Source: the human T2T-CHM13v2.0 reference genome, Homo sapiens. Taken from it: a stretch of DNA of 64,000 nt. Shown one piece after another: positions 52,571-64,000 of the stretch (the stretch's first letter is position 1; each line of letters starts with the position of its first letter). The stretch is taken from NCBI RefSeq assembly GCF_009914755.1, contig NC_060925.1; one strand, given 5' to 3'. The notes beneath the pieces were generated by a model. That model had not been told where the DNA came from, searched no databases, and saw only the letters and a list, made by a program, of their open reading frames with translations. The translations under genes were made by a program, and so were the position numbers.

Positions 52571-53774
52571 CAGTCATGTGCCATGTAATGATGTTTCAGT
52601 CAATAACTGACCACATATATGACTATGTTTCCTTAAGATTATAACTGACCATATATATGACTATGGTTCCCTAAGTTTGTAATGGAGCTGAAAAATTCCT
52701 GCTGTTTAGTGATATTTTAGCCTTCGTGATGTGACAGTAAAATGCATTACTCACATGTCTGTGATGTTGGTATAAGTAAACCTACCGTGCTGCCAGTTGT
52801 ATAAAAGTATAGCACGTCTAACTTTGTACAGTATATAGTATTTGATAATGATGATAAATTAGTATGTTACTGGTTTATATGTTCACTAGTTTATGCTTTT
52901 CATTGTTATTTTAGCATGTACTTCTTCTATATAGAAAAAAAAAGGAAGTTACTTGTAAAACAGCCTCAAGCAGGACCTTCAGGAGGTATTCCAGAAAAAG
53001 GCACTGTTATCTTAGAAGATGACAGCTCCATTTGTGTTTGTGCCCCTTAATACCTTCCTGTGGAACTAGATGTGGAAGACAGTGATGATCATGACTCTGT
53101 GTAGACCTAGACTAATGTGTGTGTTTGTGTCTTTTTTAACAAAAATTTAAAAGTTTAAAAAATTAAGAGTTTATAGAATAGGGATATAAAGAAAATATGT
53201 TTGCACAGCTGTGAAAATGTTTGTGTGTTAAGCTGTGTTACAGTTAAAAAAACAAAAGTTTATACACTAAAAAAGTTAGCAAAGGTTAATTTACTAGTGG
53301 AGAAATATAAATATTTTGTATTAATTTAGTATAGCATAGCTATACAGTATTTATAGTCTACAATACTGTTCAGTAATATCCAAGGTCTTCACATTCACTC
53401 ACCACTCACTCACTGATTCACCCAAAGCAGCTACTAGTGCTATATGCTCTTTTCATGGTAAGGGACCTATACAAATGTACCATTTTTGACCATTTATATT
53501 GCATTTTTACTCTACTCTTTCTATGTGTAGATATGTTTAGATACACAAGTATTTACCATTATTTTACAGTTGCCTACAGCATTCAATACAGTAAAAAGCT
53601 GCACAGGTTTGTAGCCTAGGAGAAACAGTCTATAGCCTATAGCCTGGATGTGCAGTAGGCTATATATACCATCTAGGTTTGTGTTAATATATTCTATGAT
53701 GTCCACACAAAAATGAAATCTCCTAATGATGCATTTCTCAGAATGTATCCCCATTATTAAGCGATACATGTCTG
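52571..53774 (-). mobile_element. Tigger3b, second copy in opposite orientation
   Basis: TA|cagtcatgtgccatgtaatg ... gcatttctcagaatgtatccccattattaagcgatacatgtctg|TA; reverse-complement colinear with 16080-17247. Confidence 0.9.
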
Positions 53775-53934
53775 TATTTATGAGTATTTGAAAACAATTG
53801 TAATACTATTTTCTGAATCTTTTAAAATAAATAATTTCATCAAGCCATTTACTATGGATTTCCACATAGATATATTATTTTGTAGTAGGGAAGTCCCATA
53901 CATGTAGAAATAAAATAATACTTTTACAAATATT

Positions 53935-55560
53935 AGTAGACTTTCTTTTTAGAGCTGAGGTATACAGAAAAATTGAGCAGAAAATTCCCATAGACTTCTA
54001 CTCCTCCTCCCACAGTTTCTCCTAAAACTAACATCTCTTATGAGTGTGTACAATTAATCAATTAATATGACACATTATTATTAGCTAAATACCATAGTTT
54101 ACATTATTTCAGCCTTTGTGTTGTACAGTTCTGTGGGTTTTGATGAGTATATATTGTCCTGTACCCCGTCTTACAATACCATGTAGACAGTTTCACTGCC
54201 TAAAATCTCCCATGTCCCACCTATTAATTCCTTCCTCTCCCCAACATTTGCCTATGGTTTATGTTTTTACTCTATATAGTTTTGTCTTTTTAAGAATGTC
54301 ATATAGTTGGAATCATAAGGTATGTAGTCTTTTCAGACGGGCTTTTCTTTTCTTAGCAATGTTCATTTAGGTCCCTTCATATCTTTTTATGAATTGGCAG
54401 CTTAGTTCTTTATATCCCTTAATAATGTTTAATTATATGAATGTCCCACAGAATCTTTATCCATTCAGTTTCTGAAGAACATCTTGATGGTTTCCACGTT
54501 TTGATGATTATGGATAAAGCTCCTATAAATATTAGTGTGTAAGGTTTTGTGTGAGTGTAATTTTTAACTCATTTAGGTGAATACCTAGACACATGGTTCC
54601 TATACTTATATGGTAAGGTTTAGCTTTTAAAAAACTGCCAAAATATGTTTCAAAGTTACTGTACTCTTTTGCATTTCTACCAGCAATAGATAAGAATTCT
54701 TGTTGCTGCACATTCTGGCCAGCATTTGGGTTTGTCAAATGTTTTGGTTTTTAAACATTCTAATAGGTCTGTAGTAATAGCCTAAAGTTTTAATCTGTAA
54801 TTCAATAATGGCATATAATGTTTAGCATCTTTTGATATGCTTATTTGCTAACTGTATATCTTTTTTGAGGTGTCTGTTTATATATTTTGCTCATTTATTA
54901 TTTTTTTAAATATATATTGTCCATTCTTGTTATATTTTAGAAACACAGACACAAGTCTTTTATCAGAAAAAGGTTTTGTGAATATATTCTTCTAGTTTGT
55001 GACTTGTTCTTTCATTCTCTGAATGAAATCTTTTACAGAGCAGAAATTGCCAACTATTTATCAATTTTTTTTTATGTATGCTTCTGGTGTGGTATGTAAA
55101 ATGTCATCATCAAACTCAAGGTAACCTAGATTATCCTGTTACCTCCTCAAATTTTGATAGTTTTATGCTTTACATTTAGGTCTGTGATCCATTTTGAACT
55201 TTTGTGACATACAGTTTTTGTCTAATATTTTTTGCACATAGATATTCAGCTGTTCATCGTTTGTTTAAAAGTATTATCCTTCCACCATTGTCTTTGCTCC
55301 TTTGTCAAAGATCTGTTGACTATATTTGCATAGATCTATTTCTGAACTCTCATATCAGTTCAATTGATCTATTTCTCTTTTGTTTTGCCAATATCACTTT
55401 GTCTCGATATCTGTAGCTTCATAATGTCTTAAAGTCAGATAGTGTTAGATCTCCTACTTCGGTCTTTTTTAGAATAATGTTAGCTATTAAAAGACTTTTG
55501 TCTTTCCACATAAACTTTAGTGAATTGTTATGAAACTTTCTTGGACCATTGGTATATTGA
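53935..55560 (-). mobile_element. L1MC1/L1MC2-like 3' end and ORF2 tail
   Basis: cagaaaaattgagcag...gacacattattattagctaa...tgtgttgtacagttctgtgggttttga...cagtttcactgcctaaaatc; ORF2 piece FMWKDKSLLIANIILKKTEVGDLTLSDFKT. Confidence 0.85.
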
Positions 55561-58176
55561 AAATAGAAAAGAATGGTCTGAAGGAGAATTTGGTAAGGAC
55601 TGTTAATATGTATAATATGTTTTTGTCTTTTAAACTGAAATTTTATTTCTATTGATTTGACTAAAAAATTATTAGTAGGGTGCACAAGAGTTTAGCATAA
55701 GGCTGTTTATAACACATTTTAGTAAAAGAAAACTAAGTAAAGAAAGAAAGCAATTAAAAGGTTAATTATCCATTAGTTATATGATAAATAGATATAATAC
55801 TATTTGCCAGGCATTTCCCAAAGAGTGTAGATGTTTTTTAAAAATGATGGCATACAAAAATATGGACTATTATTCTGTTATGAAAATGTATACTGCACAA
55901 TAATTATCAGTGATAAGGAAAAAGTTTAAAATCTGTAGGTTAGTTAGAAAAGGGCAGCAAATCATTTGAGCTATATATTCCCAAAGTTGAAGTAAAAATT
56001 GCATATAAATATTTCTAATATATAAGTATCTCTGGTATATACTAGTATACACTAGTGATTTCTAGTATGGAAAAAGAAAAAAATAATATGTGTTAGCATG
56101 CTAATTACAGTTTTTCCTATATTTTATATATTTTGTAAATTCGTCACTAACTGTCAGTTTGTATGCAAAATAATAATAAACATATTTAAAGAAAAAGTTT
56201 TATTTCAGATTTGGTTTTGACTGTTCTTTTAAGGATGCCAAAGCTTAAAGTTATTTTTCTGTATGTGGAGACTACAAAGTTTTATGCTAGCTAAAACATA
56301 AATAAATGTTTAGAGGGATTTCTATGAGATAGTTAATGTGTATTAACTGCTTAGGATGACATTCTTTTCTAATCAAAATTAGAAGGAAATTTCTTGTTCT
56401 CATTTACAAAAGGAGAATATACCATGAAATACATCTTTACTCATTGTATCACTTATGAGAGTTAATATCTGTAGAAAAGTAACTCAAAATAATATTATTT
56501 ATTGAATAAATAATATCTTTTTTAAAAATAATATTTTTAAAATGTCAATAAAATTGTTTTGTAATATGTACCCAAACATGCTAATAGAGGTTAATTCCAC
56601 CACAATGTTACTGTCTCAGATTTTAGTAGCTACAGGCAACTATAGAGCATTACCATTGCATGAATCAGTGCAATGTAAAGAATCTGTACATAATGAATTA
56701 ACAAAAGAGAGCAAACGGTTTCTTTATTTATTCAAAATAATGCATGCATATAGTTTTTTTTCATGGCATATTCCTAAGAGTCTTATAATAAAAAATATTA
56801 GTCTTCTTCCTCAACTTTCTGAAACTTTTATTCTGGAGTCCCCAAAATAATCCATCTCTACTTTGTGATAAATTTATCTTGCCCTTGTATTCATATTGGC
56901 ATTGCTTGATTTTTCAATGTTATATATGTTGTGTTGATTTACTATTATAATAGTCAAGGATTAAGCTCTTCTCTATCACCTTTACTATCCACCTAGCTAT
57001 CTTCATATAGTATATTTTATAACTTTTTCAATTTTGATACATAGTAGAATTTCCCCTTTATTCTTGAAATTCTAAAATGTCAAAATAAAGCTTTCTAAAA
57101 TGTGTTGATTTTTGTAATTAACCATCCTTCCTTGGTGAAGCTTTTAATTGGAGATACATGCTATTCTGAGATTTCTTGCCTCATGGCTTTGATTACTTCT
57201 TCTCTTCAGATTTTTCTTATTGTCTCTTCCTGGTGTAGTTAACAATTACCTAGATTCAGCCCAGTTTTCTTATGTTAAGTCTCTTATGTTCTGTATCTTT
57301 GGTTTTTTTTTTTCCTCTTTATTTCACCTGGTATTCCTTTAATTCTATCTTTTAATCCTTCAAATTATTGTTTTTATTTATGTATTGTATGTACAATTTC
57401 TAATAACTTTTCTTCTCATGTGTTTCTTTTTATGTTATTTTTTAATATTATAATCTTCTAATTTCTCTAAAAGCATCTTATATTTTCTTATGTGTTTTCT
57501 TCTTGTTTTTATGTTTGGGAGAATGCCGATTCCTCACTCTTCATCATTTCTTTGGTATAGAAGAAAATATATAACGTAACCTACATGAATTTTTTCACTG
57601 GCCCTCTAACATTATAAGACAGAGCAAGTGGAGTAACTCATCCACTGGTGAGTTTTGGAGGAGGAAATAAGCATGTATACCTCTGTGCCTTTGTATATGT
57701 GTATTTGTGTCTTGGAATCAAGTGACTTCTCTAGGTCACACATGCTGCTGTATTCCACTTACAAGGTTTGTCCCTTAGAGACAGGAATGAAGAGGATTAT
57801 ATATAACACTGGTCCACATTCCCATATCTGGGTTATTCCTAGATTTTGTACTAGGAAACACATTTACCTAATATCTAAGTTGAATTTCTCAGAAATACCT
57901 TTATCAGCTATTAAGAGAGGTAAAAAATTAATTGCTTATTTGTCAACTCTCAGAGTTATTTCTTAAGTTTTATCAGCAGGGAAGGGAGCACTACTAATCA
58001 CTCCCACTCTCACTTAGACAATAACGCTTGGTGTTATTATTTTCCTTCTGGATTAAAAATTGTTTTTTATCCCAGTTATATAACATGCCTTGTCTTCAAG
58101 CACCAAATTAATATTTAATAATGAGGCGCTAAAAGCTGATTTAAAGTTTGTGTAAAATGGTAAGTTTTATCTAACA

Positions 58177-58391
58177 TAGGATTTCCCAGCAGCAGCAATA
58201 TTGGCATTTAGAATCAGTTAATACTTTGTTGCAGGAAGCTGTCCTGTGTATTGTAGATATTTAGCACCATCACTAGCTTCTACCCACTAGATCCCTGTAG
58301 CATTCATTTCCTCAGTTGTCAGCATATTAAAAAAAATAGACTTTGCCAAATATCTCCCAGGGGCAACATTGTTCCTAGGTGAGAACTACTG
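58177..58391 (+). mobile_element. MER20 (hAT-Charlie)
   Basis: atactttgttgcaggaagctgtcctgtgtattgtagatatttagcaccatc...ctacccactagatccctgtagca...ttgccaaatatctcccaggggc...gtgagaactactg. Confidence 0.88.
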
Positions 58392-59101
58392 ATCTAGTAT
58401 GATATGGGATCATACTGTTAAGATTGGCAGCATTTTATTGGCAGCATTTTGTTAAGATACACAAATCTCATACCCATTAGGATTTTTCATTCAAATATTT
58501 AGTTTCTCTAGGGGAGAAAAATGACCCTGGCACATATCCTCTCTTTTAGGAATCCAAATAAATAGCTAGAATATCTCCTATCGATGTATATCGTCCTGTA
58601 GTCTTTGTCTCTTTAAACATTGCCATTTTGTCATTTCAAAGGGGTCTTGAGCAGAGAAGGAAACAAAGTTGTAATTGATTGTGGATTAATTTGCATGCTT
58701 AAGTAAAATCCAGGCAGAATTTGTAGCCCCAAAGTGCACAGCTTAAGTTTTTTATTCACTTATTCACTTAATGAATACGTATTTTATATATATATATATA
58801 TTTTTTCATAACTCAGTTATCTATATGACTCCAGAGAAGTTTTTCAAATATAGATCATTCAGATTTAGATTTCATGGTTAAAAATTACTACAAATGTCTT
58901 AGTTCATAAGAATCATAGGTATATTTAGATCCAATGACAAATCCAATTTAACAATTTTTGAAGATAATCTCTGGATATTTATACCCAATCAGTGTGAAAC
59001 GACCTGTTCATTTTTTAATTTACTTATAGCTGGTAGTATATAAAATGCAAAATGCCTAAGAGCATTCTTTATAATAGACATAGCTACCTTCAAATACCTC
59101 C

Positions 59102-59491
59102 TGTGATGAGATGAATTATGCCCCCTCGATATCCATATGCTGAAGTCGTAACTTCTGTTATGTCAGAATGTGATTATACTCTGATACAGAGTCTCTAAAG
59201 AAGTAATCAAGTTAGGATAAGGTCATTAGTAGGCCTTAATTCAATGTGACCGACGTGCTTATAAGAAGAGATTAGTATAAACACACACACACACAGAGGG
59301 AAGACCTTGTGTAGATACAAGGAGAAGACGACCCTATGTAAGCCAAGTAGAGGGGTCTCAGAAGAAAGCAACCCTGCTCTTACTTTTCTCTTAGAATTCT
59401 AACTTCCAGAATTGTGAGAAAATAAATTTCTGTTGTTTAAGCCATGTAGCCCATGGTACTTTGTTATGGCAGGTCTAGCAAACAAACTTAC
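59102..59491 (+). mobile_element. MLT1B MaLR solo LTR
   Basis: cagaatgtgatt...taatcaagttaggataaggtcatt...cttataagaagag...cagaagaaagcaaccctgct...ccagaattgtgagaaaataaatttctgttgtttaagcca...ctttgttatggcag. Confidence 0.9.
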
Positions 59492-59877
59492 TTTTAAAAC
59501 CTCACTTAAATGACAGTAAAGAGAGAAAAGAGCATAAACTTGCAAGAAAGCAAAGGGGACAGAAGCAACAAAAGTTACTAACAGGTCAGTGAAAACAATG
59601 AACGGCCCTGAGAAAACATCAGTTCACATCACAGAAGTTAGAAAGATTTCAAGAATTGGTGTGGAAGGAGAAAGATATGTGAAGCTGAAAATAGGATGAC
59701 AGCTCTAAAGCCTGTGAAAAGAGCTATAACATGCCAATCAAAAGTAATAATAATGATATACATATATATTTAAAAAGCTGTGACATTGTTTGACTCTCAC
59801 CCTCACCTGCACTTCCACAACATGATGACATTTTATCCTATCAGAAGACTTGCAGGCATTAAATCAGAAGTTTGTAG

Positions 59878-60750
<873 letters not shown>

Positions 60751-61094
60751 TTACTCAGAAGCAAAGGCATTAGGAAAGTTAGCTACTGAAGACAGGAGAG
60801 ATGACCTTCATTCTAAGTGAGACTCCTCCCTTCTGCCCCAACACCCTGCTCAGGACTTTCTATCACTGCCTCACAGAATGATGGCAGCCAAGCATCTGCT
60901 TAGGCATGACATTGAATATTCATCCTTGAGCAAGTAATAAAGCTATTTACAAAATAGCAATATATATTTATACTATGTGTTACACATATTCATATTTATT
61001 TTACTATGTATATATCTATATTACTACTAAATATCTATATTACTATGTGCTATGTATATATATCTTTCTTAACTTAAATATATAATAATAATTA

Positions 61095-61400
61095 GCCTTA
61101 ATAACAATTCTATGGATTAAGTACTCTTACTACTATTTTAGTTTCTATTTGTCCTCAATATAATGAACGTTCCAAGAGGGTCAACAATTGGAGATTTAGT
61201 CTTTTTTTTTTCACTAATCTATTTTCAATCTAAAAGTGTATGCCTCAAAATAATAAGCACTTAATGAATATTTGATGAATGAAGGAACACTTGAATTCTT
61301 ATCTCATAGATGAGGAAACTAAAGCCTATAGAGGTTAAACTATGAGCTTAAGCTGTAGAAAATGAAAGTCATACTTAAACCTCATTCCCAAACGCCTATA
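61095..61400. mobile_element. MIR fragments flanking an L2 3' end (about 61140-61287)
   Basis: L2 tail taagcacttaatgaatatttgatgaatgaa; MIR core catagatgaggaaactaaagcctatagaggttaa. Confidence 0.55.
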
Positions 61401-61479
61401 GATATTAATAGCTAGGGTTCTTACCCCAAAGAGCACATCGTCATTATCCATCACTCTGCAAGGCATGTCCATGGATTTT

Positions 61480-62595
<1,116 letters not shown>

Positions 62596-63029
62596 GAATA
62601 TTTTATTCACATAAATCTGGATCTGAATCTCTACACTATCTCTTTAAGAAAATTTTATTTTTGCTGTTTCTTTACTCATGCTTAAAATGCAATACAGTGT
62701 TTGTATGAGGATTAAGTTGGTTCTTATGAAAAACCTATCCTAGACCAACATTTTTCCTTTAAACTTATTTGATATGTCACTGCCGTGTTGAGAAACTATC
62801 AATATTTCCTTATTGTCAACAGAACAAACCAGGATTTAAGCTTGTTCTTAACTTATTTGACAGACTGTGCTCTCTCAAATCTTTTTTCTGATCAATCACA
62901 TTATGTCCAAGTTAGGAAGTGCACCATAACTTTATATTATTGTTATGCTCTAAATAATGTATTTGCCTTCCCATGTGTGTACTTTTCCTTGTTCTCCCTT
63001 CTCTAATTTATATTCATATTTCTCATGTC

Positions 63030-63163
63030 ATTGAGTCTCAACAGCTTTTACATCTCACAACTGCAGAGACTATGTCTTTTTGACAGTTAGGTATTTTCCT
63101 AGAACCTTGAATAGAGTGTGGCATATGTTACATATTCAATTAAATGTTTGTTGAATAAATGAA
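63030..63163 (+). mobile_element. L2 3' end
   Basis: gcagagactatgtctt...cctagaacc...tggcata...ttcaattaaatgtttgttgaataaatgaa. Confidence 0.65.
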
Positions 63164-63626
63164 AGCATATACTCCACTGGTATCTGTTGTTTGTTTCCTG
63201 TTCTACTTTAAAGATTTAATTTCCTCTGATATTGAATGTCATCTTTTTGTACCTTTAACTCTCATTTAGTATAACAAATTTAAATTTTCTTTAAAATAAC
63301 ATTAGTTTTTTAAAAGTAACATAGATTAAATATAGTATCTTCCAGTTATATGTGTTCATGCTCTATCTCCCCCAACTAGTTGAAAGTTGAGAACAAGAAA
63401 AATTTATGCCAAAAACTTGAAATTTGAAAATCCCCAATAAAAGTTGTGTGATAAAAATTTTCATCTTCCACTTAAGAGAAAATTTTCACATTCTACTTAA
63501 GAGAATATAATAATAAGATTAAGAAAGTGGTTTACAGATCACAATACTATAGATAAACAATTGGTTATAAAATATTTTAAAATATTATTGATATGTTGGC
63601 AAAAAACTAAAAGAGAAAGGAAAAAG

Positions 63627-63648
63627 AGAGAGAGAGAGAGAGAGAGAG
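63627..63648. repeat. (GA)n microsatellite
   Basis: About 11 GA units. Confidence 0.9.
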
Positions 63649-64000
63649 ATTACCATTAAAGAAAAAAAAGTAACTTTTCCTTGAGGAAAAAGAAGATATG
63701 GGGAAAAAAATCCTTGTAAGAAACCAACCAAACAAGCTTTCTATTGAGAATTTATAAGGTATAAGAACAGATTGTTTTAGCATTTTTTCCACGTTTGTGG
63801 GCCCTTTTCTTTAAAAAAAGATGAAAAATGGTACTGATATTCAGGTAGAATTACAAAATACAATGGAAAATAGATTTCCAGTAGTTATTTAATAAATGAC
63901 ATACTTCAATTTCCCTCTCTTTACACTCATTGTACATTCTGGCTTCCTGCCCCATATAAAGTTAATGGATGAGAGGTATTTTTAAAATTAGCTAACCACA

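Overview
This is AT-rich, CpG-depleted primate (almost certainly human) genomic DNA, not a prokaryotic or phage locus. Most of it is decayed transposable elements: about ten Alus (J, S and one near-pristine AluYc1), LINE-1s from L1M to L1PA, MaLR/ERV LTRs, a class I ERV fossil with pol and env remnants, and many DNA transposons (near full-length Hsmar1, two Tigger3b, Tigger2, Tigger13a-like, Tigger4a, MER20, Zaphod/MER115-like). Nearly all ORFs in the supplied track are repeat-derived or chance. The only plausible host-gene signal is at the 5' edge, where two phase-compatible + strand exons (366-441 and 2271-2321) followed by AATAAA look like the 3' end of a protein-coding gene I cannot name; a decayed tandem copy of the first exon lies just upstream. 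I found no support for a new multi-gene system. The best leads are this gene end, the Hsmar1 copy, a candidate polymorphic AluYc1, an orphan L1PA promoter fragment, a CTCF-like motif and a 70-bp palindrome. Repeat subfamily names come from recalled consensus sequences, and boundaries of old elements are approximate.
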